From Phycisphaerae bacterium (lineage in GTDB: Bacteria > Planctomycetota > Phycisphaerae > UBA1845 > Fen-1342), in the NCBI GenBank assembly GCA_050115495.1, contig JASFQK010000014.1, positions 81,587 to 145,586 on the forward strand: 64,000 nucleotides of DNA, in the 5' to 3' direction. The notes beneath the pieces were generated by a model, which saw only the letters and a program-made list of their open reading frames with translations, made no database searches and was not told the origin of the DNA. The position numbers were made by a program, and so were the translations under genes. Positions 1 to 11,224 of the stretch are shown piece after piece. The number at the start of each line of letters is the position of its first letter. Within the stretch, counting starts at the first letter, position 1.

Positions 1-2
1 CG

Positions 3-575
3 GATGAGCGACGCAAGGCCCTGGTGCCCGTGGTCGCCCACACCTTCGCCGAGCTCGGCTACCGCCGAACGACCACGGCGGTGCTCGCCCGCCGGTGCGA
101 GGTGCAGGAGAACATCCTCTATCGTCTCTGGGCCGACAAGAAGGCCATGTTCATCGCCGCCATCGAGTACGTGTACGAGATGTCGGTCGCCATCTGGCGG
201 AAGATGCTCCAGGCCCAGGACGACGGCCGGACGACGGCCGAGCGGCTGCTGGCGTACGAGGCGGAGCACTTCGGCGAGTTCGGGCACTACCGCATCGTCT
301 TTGCCGGGCTGAGCGAGACGGATGATCCCGACATCCGGGCCGCCCTGGCCGACATGTACCGTCGCTACCACCGCTTCATCCAGCGGGAGATCCGGGCCCA
401 CCGCGAGGAGCGGGGCTGCGACGGCGCCCCGGAGGCGACACTGGCCGCCTGGGCGGTGATCGGGCTCGGCACGGTGACCGGTATCGCCCGCGAGCTGACC
501 CTGCTCGGCGACCGACAACGGCGGCGGGCCTTCGGCGAGATCGGACGAACGTTACTGGAGGGCGCGACGGACTGA
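3..575 (+). CDS. TetR/AcrR family transcriptional regulator (5' end lies outside the window)
   Basis: HTH 'FAELGYRRTTTAVLARRCEVQENILYRLWADKKAMF'; frame open to the window edge. Confidence 0.88.
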   Translation, partial: DERRKALVPVVAHTFAELGYRRTTTAVLARRCEVQENILYRLWADKKAMFIAAIEYVYEMSVAIWRKMLQAQDDGRTTAERLLAYEAEHFGEFGHYRIVFAGLSETDDPDIRAALADMYRRYHRFIQREIRAHREERGCDGAPEATLAAWAVIGLGTVTGIARELTLLGDRQRRRAFGEIGRTLLEGATD

Positions 576-594
576 GGACGCCCGCCCCGTTTTT

Positions 595-624
595 TTGAAC
601 ATCGTGTAAGTGAATGCTTACAAT
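595..624 (+). promoter_or_regulatory. sigma70-like promoter overlapped by a palindromic operator (probable TetR site)
   Basis: TTGAAC (595-600), 18-nt spacer, TACAAT (619-624); inverted repeat TGTAAG-N6-CTTACA at 605-622, just downstream of tetR. Confidence 0.6.
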
Positions 625-651
625 TGGCCGGACCGCAAGCAGGAGGATGAC

Positions 652-2229
652 ATGAGACCCCTACCGTACATCTCGATCGCGGCTGTCGGAGTGATGCTAC
701 TGCTCGCCCTGAGCGTCGTCGGTTGCCAGAGCGCCGTCGATCGCCAGGCCGCCGAGCTGTTCGAAGCCAAGCTCGGCAACACGTCCATCACCGTTTTCGC
801 CACCTATGTCCGGGACGGCGAAACACCCACGTACGATCCGGCGTCCGCCGGCGAGATCGGCGATCTGCTCGCCAACGACGGCGTGGCCACGGTCACGCAG
901 GACGCCAGCGAGGTTCCGATCACCAGCGAGTGGGGTATGAACGAGGCTCGCATGTTCCAGGAAAGCCTCGCCAACTTCACCGCCTATCTCGGCGAGCACC
1001 CGCTCACGACGGAGTACGGCCTGCTCGCCGAGTACCTCATCGGCGGACAAGGCGTGCCCGTCGGCGTGCACATCTACGTGGTCGACGGCGAGGGCCGCTG
1101 TGCCTACGGCACGGGCGTGAATTCGCACCACGACGCGTTCAACAGCGTCAATCCGCAGAACGTCGCGGACTGCACCACGATCGCACTCAACGTCCTAAAT
1201 GACGACCTCGTCGCCAAGCTGGCCGCGAAGCCGGCGGCTGCCGCCGGCAACCTGGGACCGGACACGTCGGTGACGGTTCTGCCCATCGCGATGGCGGGCA
1301 ATGCGTCGAAGGATGTGGCGGACGTCGTCGGCCTGATCCTCGAGCGGGACGGCATGCCGAACGTGTGGACGACCGCGACGACCTACGCGCCGGCGGCCGA
1401 GGCCGTCTGGGAAGACGTCATCACCGGCTTCGGCGAGTTCATCGTCGCCAATCCGATCGACACCGACGTCGCCGTCTACGGCCAATATCTCGGCAAACCG
1501 GGCGTGGGCGTCGACGAAGTCCGCGCCGTCATCGTGGACCGGGCGGGGAATGTGCTGTGGTCCGACCGCCAGACGCCCGACGACGCCGACTTCCAGCGGA
1601 TCAACCCGCGAAACCCGATGACCTGCTGCATGCTGCTGGGCGAGCGGCTGCACACGCCGTTCGGGCTGTCGTCGGCGACGGCCGGCCGCGTCGGCGAAGG
1701 TCGCATGGCCCGGCTGTGGAAAGAGAAGTCCGGCACGCCGACAGACGAAGAGCAGTCGGCGATCCGTGCCCGGCAGCAGACGATGAAGGCGGCCCGAGCC
1801 ACGACGACGCTCAGCGTATACCCCGTGCTCGCCGGTCCCGAGCCGAACCGGGCGCAGGCGGAGAATCTGGCCGGGCTGCTGGCCACGGACCTGTCGATGA
1901 CGACGGTCGTCGCCGACCGGGACGTGCGGCTGCAAGTACCGCCGAACAGCAACGAGCAGCGCCGGTTATGGGACCTCGCCCGCGCGTTCCAGGCGGAGGT
2001 TCGCGAGAATCCCCCCGCCGGCGATTACGCCCTCTACGCCGAGTACGTCATTCGCACCAGCGATCAGAAGGTCTGGTCGGTGCACTTCGTGGTGTGCGAC
2101 AAGGCCGGCGAGCTGGTGGTCGTCGATTTCCAGAACGAGTACCAGCCGGACTTCGTCGCCCTGCGTCCGCGGACCGTCGAGGACTGCAACAAACTGGTGG
2201 CCGTGCGTCTGGCCCACTGTCTGGAGTAG
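652..2229 (+). CDS. Putative lipoprotein with three tandem copies of an unrecognised domain
   Basis: RBS AGGAGG before ATG652; hydrophobic signal ending VVGC (lipobox); three repeated units each with 'S.[TS]V..', '[EQ]Y[LV]...V..V.....D..G' and 'P.....C'. Confidence 0.75.
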   Translation: MRPLPYISIAAVGVMLLLALSVVGCQSAVDRQAAELFEAKLGNTSITVFATYVRDGETPTYDPASAGEIGDLLANDGVATVTQDASEVPITSEWGMNEARMFQESLANFTAYLGEHPLTTEYGLLAEYLIGGQGVPVGVHIYVVDGEGRCAYGTGVNSHHDAFNSVNPQNVADCTTIALNVLNDDLVAKLAAKPAAAAGNLGPDTSVTVLPIAMAGNASKDVADVVGLILERDGMPNVWTTATTYAPAAEAVWEDVITGFGEFIVANPIDTDVAVYGQYLGKPGVGVDEVRAVIVDRAGNVLWSDRQTPDDADFQRINPRNPMTCCMLLGERLHTPFGLSSATAGRVGEGRMARLWKEKSGTPTDEEQSAIRARQQTMKAARATTTLSVYPVLAGPEPNRAQAENLAGLLATDLSMTTVVADRDVRLQVPPNSNEQRRLWDLARAFQAEVRENPPAGDYALYAEYVIRTSDQKVWSVHFVVCDKAGELVVVDFQNEYQPDFVALRPRTVEDCNKLVAVRLAHCLE

Positions 2230-2266
2230 CTGACCGAACGGGCCGGTTGCCGTGAGGCACACGAGC

Positions 2267-3247
2267 ATGAATACCCAGGTCATCGAAACGCCGGGCCGTC
2301 TCTCGTTCAAGCGGCTCATGCTGCGAGCCCTGGTGGTGTCGCTCGCCACCTGCGCCCTTGTGGCGGTCGGGGCTTTGCTGCTGGGTAAGTTTGACGAGAC
2401 GACGGTCCGCATTTTGCTGACCCTCGGGGCGCTCGCCCTGCACAGCGGCGTGGCGATGGCCTGCGCCGCCTCACTGGAACGACGGCTGTGGCCACGGCTG
2501 AGCCTGCTGGGCCTCCTGGCCTTTGGGATCAACTTCTGTGTGCTCATCTCCTGTATCTGGTGGCCCGGGGGCCTGGACACGCCGGCGGTGAGAGCTTTCC
2601 TCACTACCGGCGTTGTCCTCGCTACGTACATCGTGGCGATTCCTTCCGCCGATCTGTACGACCGGCGGTACGCGCAGCCGGTGGCGATGGCCGGCATGGC
2701 GGCCTGCGTCGCGGCGTTGGTCATGACGCTGGTCTGCATCTGGAGCGAGTGGACGGATGATCTCACTTTCGCCAAGGCGACGGGCATCGTCGCCGTGGGG
2801 GCGTTCTCGCTCGCGCATACGTGCATCGTGGTGCGTGTTCCCCGCGACGGTGCGCTGATCTGGCTGGTGGGCGGCACGCTGGTCTTCATCTGGACGCTGG
2901 CGGCGATGTGGTCGACCGCCATCGTCATCGAGCCTACCGACGAGATGTTCTTCCGCGTGTTCGGCGCGGTGGGCGTGCTGGACGCCACCGGTTCGCTCGC
3001 CCTGCTCATTCTGGCCAAGCTTCGGCGGATGGCCAGGCCGGAGCTGATGCAGTCGACGGCTGTCACGCTCGAGCTGCACTGCCCGCGCTGTCGGCTGGAG
3101 CAGGTCGTGCCCGCCGGGAAGTCGCAGTGTTCGGCGTGCGGCCTGAAGTTCACGGTCGAGATCGAGGAGCCGCGCTGCCCGAAGTGTGACTACCTGCTCT
3201 GGCAACTTCCCGAGCGGCGCTGCCCGGAGTGCGGGACACCGTTTTGA
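2267..3247 (+). CDS. Multi-pass membrane protein with C-terminal zinc-ribbon region
   Basis: About 8 hydrophobic segments, then CPRC..CSAC..CPKC..CPECG. Confidence 0.75.
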   Translation: MNTQVIETPGRLSFKRLMLRALVVSLATCALVAVGALLLGKFDETTVRILLTLGALALHSGVAMACAASLERRLWPRLSLLGLLAFGINFCVLISCIWWPGGLDTPAVRAFLTTGVVLATYIVAIPSADLYDRRYAQPVAMAGMAACVAALVMTLVCIWSEWTDDLTFAKATGIVAVGAFSLAHTCIVVRVPRDGALIWLVGGTLVFIWTLAAMWSTAIVIEPTDEMFFRVFGAVGVLDATGSLALLILAKLRRMARPELMQSTAVTLELHCPRCRLEQVVPAGKSQCSACGLKFTVEIEEPRCPKCDYLLWQLPERRCPECGTPF

Positions 3248-3249
3248 CG

Positions 3250-3600
3250 GCGTAGCGTCTCCCGGCGCGCCGGGATGCTGGACGTCGTGGTAGCGTCCGG
3301 GCTCCGTACCGGACGTCTTCGGCGAGCCATGAGCCGGAGGGTGGCATGCTGAAGCCTTAGGCGCCGGCATGTGCGGGTTGCGAAAGTCTGTTCGTTCCCC
3401 GGCAAAGCAGCAGCACTGCTCAAGAGCAGTGGCACACCGGTGGTGGGTGCGCGTTCGGGAGCGGGGGCTCATGCGGTGGGGATCTGCAATTTCAAATCTG
3501 AGATTGGGCTGCAGGGGGCTGACCCGCTCGCTACCGCTCGGGGCTCGGACTGGCGCCTGTGCGGAGCGACCCGCTCGCTGCCGCTCGGGGCTCGGAGGGG
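3250..3600. repeat. Mosaic cluster of REP-like palindromes
   Basis: GTAGCGTCCGGGCTCCGTACCGGACG (from 3290); GTGGCATGCTGAAGCCTTAGGCGCCGGCATGT (3341-3372); GCACTGCTCAAGAGCAGTGGCACAC (3413-3437); two copies of GACCCGCTCGCTRCCGCTCGGGGCTCGGA. The first three units recur elsewhere in the window. Confidence 0.8.
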
Positions 3601-3658
3601 GTGGCGGTGTGCCCCTGCCCGCTGTCGCTGATCCCCCGCTGCCATCTCGGGGTCGACC

Positions 3659-3667
3659 TGCTATAAT
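3659..3667 (+). promoter_or_regulatory. Extended -10 promoter of the acyl-CoA mutase gene
   Basis: TGcTATAAT about 90 nt upstream of ATG3756. Confidence 0.5.
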
Positions 3668-3755
3668 GACGGGACTCGATTCGTTGGCGCATGAACGCGC
3701 CTGGACCGGCCATTCGAGCGCTCGGTCCCCCGTTTCATCCCGGAGACCTCGGAAC

Positions 3756-5408
<1,653 letters not shown>

Positions 5409-5423
5409 CCCCCGCCGGCGTTG

Positions 5424-6848
5424 CTACGCGTTTCCGCGCGACGCGTTGCCTGCTCCGCCGAGCTCGTGCAGCTTCACGAAACGCATGCCGACTTCGTACC
5501 AGCCGTCGACATAGTCCTCGCAACGAACGATGTCCGCTTCGAGGTACTCGAGGTTCCACGAGCGGGCCAGCAGGTACACGTGCACGCGCTGGCCGAGGCG
5601 GACCGGCTTCTGACTGAGCACGCCCAACCCCGCACGGGAGATGTTGTACGCCACCACCGGTTGCGCCGGGCCCTCCTGCTGCGGACCCGCCGGCCCCTCG
5701 CCCACGGCGTGCAGCCGGGCCGGGCAGTTGAAGCAGTAGCGTTTGTGCTCACGCTGATCGGCCCACTGTTCCTCATCGGGCGGCGCTGGCGGATGCGGCG
5801 TCACGGTGCTCCGGGCCGCGCGGACCATCCCGACCCAGGCCTCCATGACTTCGCCGTCGTGCTTTGCCGGCGTCTCGCTCTTGAGAATCTCCAGGGCCTG
5901 GTCCACGCCGATCGTGCGCTGCTTGAAGGGCCGGAAGGCCGTCATCGCGTCAAACGCGTCCACGACCGCGCACATGCGGCTGATCGGATGGATGTCCTGA
6001 TCGCGCAGGCCGTCCGGATAGCCGCTGCCATCCAGCCGTTCGTGGTGCTGCCGGATCACGGTCGTGACGAGCGGATCGATGTCGGCGTAGGCGGCGATGT
6101 GCTCGCAGCCCATTTCCGGGTGCCGCCGCAGCAGCCACCAATCGTCCTCGGTCAGCTTGCCCTGCTTGTTGAGCACTTCCTCGGGCACGTACAGCTTGCC
6201 GATGTCATGGAGCAGGCCGGCCTCGCAGATGTGCGTCAGATCCTCGGTGCTGCGGTAGCCCAACTGGTAGGCCAGCGGCACGAGGCTCGTGGCCACGTTC
6301 ACCAGGTGCGTCGCGGTGTAGAAATCGTGATGGGAAGCGGTAAACAGGTGTGAGAAGGACGACGGGTCGCTGAGCACCATGGTGGCGATGCTGCGAGCCA
6401 CGCCCTCCATCCGCCGCGGCATGTTCGCCCGATCCGGGTCGGTGAGCACCTCGTTCACCAGTTCGAGACCCGTTTCGTAGATAATCGTCGCCTTCGACGA
6501 AATGGCCATGCGCGGATCCGCGGCCACGTGCCGAATTTCGGACTCCGCCTGGTCGTGGAACTGCCGCTGGTCGGCCATTCGGACGTAGACCAGCTCCACG
6601 CCACTGTGGAGCAACCGCTCCCGATCCTCTTCGTTCAGCGGTCGCTCGCCGTTCAGATACGGAGCGTAGAGCGGTTCGGCATCTGCTCCGGCGCGATCCG
6701 GCTGAACACGCAGGAATATCGGGATGTTCGTGAAAGCCCCCGCGGGAATGTGAGTCAGCGGAACCGGCAGATACCCGGCTCGTGTCGAGGTGGACTTGCC
6801 GATGGCTGTCCGCTCGTCAATACTCGCCGCTCCGACTGACTCACTCAC
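5424..6848 (-). CDS. HD-GYP c-di-GMP phosphodiesterase with C-terminal PilZ domain
   Basis: LLHDIGK, HHERLDGSGYP; PilZ RxxxR (REHKR) and NISRAG; GTG6848 chosen from an upstream GGAG, start uncertain. Confidence 0.85.
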   Translation of the reverse strand: MSESVGAASIDERTAIGKSTSTRAGYLPVPLTHIPAGAFTNIPIFLRVQPDRAGADAEPLYAPYLNGERPLNEEDRERLLHSGVELVYVRMADQRQFHDQAESEIRHVAADPRMAISSKATIIYETGLELVNEVLTDPDRANMPRRMEGVARSIATMVLSDPSSFSHLFTASHHDFYTATHLVNVATSLVPLAYQLGYRSTEDLTHICEAGLLHDIGKLYVPEEVLNKQGKLTEDDWWLLRRHPEMGCEHIAAYADIDPLVTTVIRQHHERLDGSGYPDGLRDQDIHPISRMCAVVDAFDAMTAFRPFKQRTIGVDQALEILKSETPAKHDGEVMEAWVGMVRAARSTVTPHPPAPPDEEQWADQREHKRYCFNCPARLHAVGEGPAGPQQEGPAQPVVAYNISRAGLGVLSQKPVRLGQRVHVYLLARSWNLEYLEADIVRCEDYVDGWYEVGMRFVKLHELGGAGNASRGNA

Positions 6849-7117
6849 GGCCGTGCTCCGCAGCCTCCTCCCCCCAAGCTCCAGAGCTCTGTTGCATCCA
6901 TGGCGCCCCGCCCACCCGTATGGCCGACGCCTCCGGTCGTTCATCGACGTGCAGGCGGTCCCTCTTGAGGATGACCTCTCATCCGTGTACAGGCGGGCGC
7001 GCACGGCGAGATTCCCGTGCGCACGGAAACCCCGCCGCGGATTATCAGCCGCCGGTTGGGCCTTCGCCCCCAAGCATCAGGCATCGACACGCAACGTCCG
7101 TCGCAACCGTTCCCGGC

Positions 7118-9640
7118 CTACGGAGGTGGCAGCAGCAGGTCCACGAACGGACCAATGTCGAAGTTGTCCACGTTGCCGTCACCGTTCACATCCGCCAGCA
7201 TTCGGTTACAGCCGGGGTAGGCCGCGTAGTATTCGAGATAATCCGGCGGCGTGGCGGTGAGGGCCTTGATGAACGCGTTGACGTCGAAGTTGTCGATCGC
7301 TCCGTCGCAGTTGAGGTCGCCGATGGCTTGCTCCGGCTGGAACCAGTCGAGGATGTGCTCAAGCATGGTGGCCCGAGCTTCCGCCGTCGGCAGCGCCTCG
7401 AACGGGAAGCCCCAGAACGTTGTCCGATAAGCGCCGGTGTCCTTATTCACGGCCGCATTGCCGGCGTTGCCGGTGAACGCCACCTCAGCGTCCGGGTCGG
7501 CGTTGATCGTGTCGCTGTAGTTCGAAAACGGGTAGCTCAGGCTATACGGCCCCATCCCGCCGAACACCGAGCCGGTACCGGTCACGGTCGTCTGTGACAC
7601 GTCGCTGGTCGCGCTGGATACACCCAGATAGGTGCTCATGAAGTTCGTCAGCCCGCGGTCGTAGTAGTAGTCCTGCCCGCTGATGAACAGGCATCTCCCG
7701 CTATCCAGGTAGGTTGCCAGAGCCATTTCGCCCGCGGCACCCGGGCCAGCCGCGCCACCGTACTCCACACCGGTGAACCAGATCACGACTTCGTACGGGG
7801 CCAGTTCGATCGCACTGGGCTCGTTGTCCGAGTTATTCGTGTCCCAGAGGTCGTAGTCGTAGCCCAGCGTGGCCAGCGCTGTCGTGTAGTAGGACCGCAC
7901 GTCCGGGTTGTTGTCGTCGTCATCGACGAGAAGGATGCTCGGCGTGTCCCGGGTCGTGAAGCTGAACGTCTCCGAGAACTCGCCGTCGCCACACCCGTTC
8001 TCCGCCCGCACGTGCCAGTAGTACGTCCGAAGCGGCTCCAGGGCGACACCGACTCTGTGGCTGGTCCCCGGCCCGCCGGCCGCGTCGAGGATGTACGTGA
8101 ACGAGCTGTCCGCGGCCACCTCCACGTAGTATTCCAGAGCCCCGCTCGCGGCGTTCCACACGAGTTCCGGCGCCAGCGTCACGTTCGTCTCGCCGTTACC
8201 GGGCGATACGAGCGTCACCGTCCCCGGCAGGTCGTTCGACAAGTTGAGCCCGACGAACGCCGAACGCTGTCGCGACGCCGACGTCCCGCGCACCTCGACA
8301 TCGTACTCACCGGCCGGAGCCATCGACAGGTCACTCACCGTCAACACCGTCGTGAACGGCGGCACCTGCCCGTTCACACTGAACTGGGCCGCCGCCCCCG
8401 CCGGCAGCGACTTGGCCGACAGCGTCACCGTTTCGGCGAACTCGCCGACCGGCTTCACCTGGATCGTGTACACCGCCTCGTCATCGCCCGGCAGGCACAG
8501 GTCCTGCGTCGCCGGCGTCGCGACCATCTTGAACCCATGGCCACCCGGCAAATACAGCGCGGGATCACCCATCAGGTTGAACATCTCCGCCATGTTCCGC
8601 CGCACGTCCTCCGTGAAGTAGGTGTCGTTGATCAGGCGGTAGATGCCCGCCTGCCAAGCCGGCCCCACCTCCCAGATGTCGTCAACGAAGAAGGACTCGA
8701 AGAAATACTTCTCCAGTCGGCGTGAGGACTCCCATTGATCCCCGCCGTAGTAGATGAACGTCGAGGCCGAGATGTAGGCCGCGGCTCCCTTCCCGATCGC
8801 CCGCTGCCACGTCTCCGCGTAGCACTCCGGGTACTCGAAGTGCGTCGTGCTGCACGAGAAACCGAAGACCAGGCCGTACAGGTTCTCGTTGTCCAGGGCG
8901 TTCACGTTGCCCTGCTCGAAGGACGGCGCCCACCAGCCCTCGCTACCGCTGTGCCCGAAGTACACCGTGAACAGGCAGCCCTCGTTCACGGCGTTGGTGA
9001 CATCGCTCGTGTTTCCACCCAGCCGGGCGTAGATCTTCACGCTCTCGAATTCGGCAGGGTCCAGGTAGTTGGCGATTACCCAGTTGTGCGTCTCTTCGGC
9101 CCCGCTGCCGGTGTCGTTGGTGGCCAGCAGCGCCGCCCGACGCACGTAGTCCGGATTCGGGTAAATGCCGCTCTCCACCACCATGATCTTGTCGACGATG
9201 TATTCGAGCATGTCCGGGTCGGTGGCGGAAAGCCGCCCGATGAAGACGTCCGGATACCAGTCGTCGCCCGGATCCATGCAGGCGTACGGCAGGTCAGTCG
9301 TCGCGTGCTTCGTTGCGCCGCCCGACCAGTGCGGAATGGTGTACGTGTCCGAGGTCGAACCGCTCGTGTCGCCCACGAGCACGATGTAGTCCGGCGCGTC
9401 GGGCGTTCCCCATGACTCCTGGATTGTCTCTTTGATCGTCGTGTTGCTCGTCCCGGACGGAACCAGGTACAATGTCACGTTGAAGCCGGTCCCGTTGCGC
9501 AGCGCGATCAGATTGTTGAGGCCGGTCGAGTTGTTGTAGCCCTCGGCGGCCACGATCAGGTAATTGCCCCCGCCCGCGCTCGCCGCCATCACGACGCCCG
9601 CGGCCAGGCATACGGCCAACAACCTCTTCACTCCCTGCAT
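7118..9640 (-). CDS. Secreted C25 (gingipain-like) cysteine peptidase with FN3-like region and C-terminal dockerin-like domain
   Basis: RBS AAAGGAG; signal peptide; YIVLVGD, PDVFIGRL, His (YFGHSG) and Cys (FSCS), FNLMGDP; ends GDLNCDGAIDNFD...DVNGDGNVDNFDIGPF. Confidence 0.85.
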   Translation of the reverse strand: MQGVKRLLAVCLAAGVVMAASAGGGNYLIVAAEGYNNSTGLNNLIALRNGTGFNVTLYLVPSGTSNTTIKETIQESWGTPDAPDYIVLVGDTSGSTSDTYTIPHWSGGATKHATTDLPYACMDPGDDWYPDVFIGRLSATDPDMLEYIVDKIMVVESGIYPNPDYVRRAALLATNDTGSGAEETHNWVIANYLDPAEFESVKIYARLGGNTSDVTNAVNEGCLFTVYFGHSGSEGWWAPSFEQGNVNALDNENLYGLVFGFSCSTTHFEYPECYAETWQRAIGKGAAAYISASTFIYYGGDQWESSRRLEKYFFESFFVDDIWEVGPAWQAGIYRLINDTYFTEDVRRNMAEMFNLMGDPALYLPGGHGFKMVATPATQDLCLPGDDEAVYTIQVKPVGEFAETVTLSAKSLPAGAAAQFSVNGQVPPFTTVLTVSDLSMAPAGEYDVEVRGTSASRQRSAFVGLNLSNDLPGTVTLVSPGNGETNVTLAPELVWNAASGALEYYVEVAADSSFTYILDAAGGPGTSHRVGVALEPLRTYYWHVRAENGCGDGEFSETFSFTTRDTPSILLVDDDDNNPDVRSYYTTALATLGYDYDLWDTNNSDNEPSAIELAPYEVVIWFTGVEYGGAAGPGAAGEMALATYLDSGRCLFISGQDYYYDRGLTNFMSTYLGVSSATSDVSQTTVTGTGSVFGGMGPYSLSYPFSNYSDTINADPDAEVAFTGNAGNAAVNKDTGAYRTTFWGFPFEALPTAEARATMLEHILDWFQPEQAIGDLNCDGAIDNFDVNAFIKALTATPPDYLEYYAAYPGCNRMLADVNGDGNVDNFDIGPFVDLLLPPP

Positions 9641-9852
9641 GGGTTTTCTCCTTTCGGCCTTCCCATCCCATCGAATCGAGGACCTGCCGGCAGACAACCT
9701 CTCTTCCTGCGCGGTTGACGTGGTGCCGTCGCGCACAACCTCCTCCTCACCCGAACGCCCCCACCGCCCGGGGTTGCCGGCATTTCACGTTCAGTTTACA
9801 CAGATTACCCCCCGGCGCCCCTCCCTTTTTTGGCCCCTTTCCCGCACCCGTG

Positions 9853-10083
9853 CTAGTCGAACCAGTCCTCGATGTCGTCGAGTACGTCGTCCAGCCAGTC
9901 GTCCACGTCGTGGCGACGGTGGTGATGGTCGTTGACGTCGTCGGCCCAGTCGTCGAGCGTGTCCGACGCGTTATCCAGGAAGTCCGCCGCCTCCCGCAGA
10001 TAGTCGTCGCACCCCACGTTCATCGACAGGAGCAAAGCGGCCACAGCGAACAGGGCGGCAAGCGGCACGGCTTGGCGGCGCAT
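9853..10083 (-). CDS. Small acidic putative lipoprotein
   Basis: Hydrophobic signal ending NVGC followed by an Asp-rich tail. Confidence 0.55.
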   Translation of the reverse strand: MRRQAVPLAALFAVAALLLSMNVGCDDYLREAADFLDNASDTLDDWADDVNDHHHRRHDVDDWLDDVLDDIEDWFD

Positions 10084-10236
10084 GGCGGTTACCCTCGATG
10101 ACGGCGCCTGCGGAACACACTGCGAGCCACCCCGGCTCGACAGCCGTTCCACGGATTCCATTCTGCTAGACACAGTCTTCCCCCCGGCGTTAGCGGACCG
10201 CCCCCGCCGCCGGTCAACAGCCCCGCGAACAGGCGC

Positions 10237-10467
10237 TCACGGCGTCCCGACGAGGCCCGAGGTCGCTCCCTTCTCGATGCCCGATAACTCAGCCTCCGGT
10301 CCGCCAAATAGGTTTTGCAGGCTACGCAGCGCCCGCCGTTCCTGCTTCAGGGCGTCCTTGTAAGTGCTGGTCATCGTGTGGCGAATCTCGGGGCCGATCT
10401 CGCGGAGGGCCGCCTCGACGAGTTGAAGCACCAGTGTCTGTTGTTCTGAGGTCAGCTCAACCTTCAT
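10237..10467 (-). CDS. Small hypothetical protein
   Basis: AGGAGG RBS before MKVELTSEQQ; helical composition. Confidence 0.6.
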   Translation of the reverse strand: MKVELTSEQQTLVLQLVEAALREIGPEIRHTMTSTYKDALKQERRALRSLQNLFGGPEAELSGIEKGATSGLVGTP

Positions 10468-10549
10468 GCCTGATCCTCCTTGCATCTATCTCAATTATAC
10501 AGCATGATTTGCGCCCCTCATGCCCGAGTTGCGGAAGGGAGCGCCTTAT

Positions 10550-11221
10550 ATGGCGAGCTACTACGACGAGCACCTCGCCGCCGACCATTTGAAGCGGTGC
10601 TACGACCTCGCCCCGCCGCGCGTGCGGCGGTATCTCGCCGCGGAAATCCGGCATGTCGTGTCCCGGATTCGACGCACCGACGCGGTCCTGGAGCTCGGCT
10701 GCGGCTATGGACGCGTTCTGCGTGAGCTGTCGCCACACTGCGCAACCGTCACAGGCATCGACACGTCGGCGTCGAGCATCGCCCTCGCCCGCGATACGCT
10801 TCGCGATCTCGCGAACTGCCGAGTTATTGAGATGAACGCCGCGGCGCTCGAGTTCTCGGACCACGCCTTCGACGTGACCTGCTGCATCCAGAACGGCGTG
10901 TCGGCGTTCAAGGTCGATCCCCCCCTGCTGCTCGCCGAGTGCATGCGTGTCACTCGCCCTGGCGGGCGCGTGCTGCTGTCGAGCTACGCCGAGCGGTTCT
11001 GGCCGGACCGGCTCGCGTGGTTTGAGCTTCAGGCGGACGCCGGCCTGCTCGGCCCAATCGACCGCGAGGCCACGGGCGACGGGGTCATCGTGTGCAAGGA
11101 CGGGTTCCGGGCCACGACCTTCAGCCCCGACCAGTTTCGTGCGCTGGTCGCGGCGGCGGGCCTGGCGGCCCACGTCGAGGAAGTGGACGAATCAAGCGTG
11201 TTCTGTGAGGTGCAATGCTGA
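10550..11221 (+). CDS. Class I SAM-dependent methyltransferase
   Basis: VLELGCGYGR, GID, FDVTCC, MRVTRPGG. Confidence 0.88.
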   Translation: MASYYDEHLAADHLKRCYDLAPPRVRRYLAAEIRHVVSRIRRTDAVLELGCGYGRVLRELSPHCATVTGIDTSASSIALARDTLRDLANCRVIEMNAAALEFSDHAFDVTCCIQNGVSAFKVDPPLLLAECMRVTRPGGRVLLSSYAERFWPDRLAWFELQADAGLLGPIDREATGDGVIVCKDGFRATTFSPDQFRALVAAAGLAAHVEEVDESSVFCEVQC

Positions 11222-11224
11222 GGG

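Noticed and set aside
3369..3755. N-terminal extensions of ORF-track calls (mutase, asnB, pepA, DinG, 42731-42943, 48333-48665, 62615-62992)
   Set aside because: They run through repeats or neighbouring genes; family homology begins at the downstream starts.
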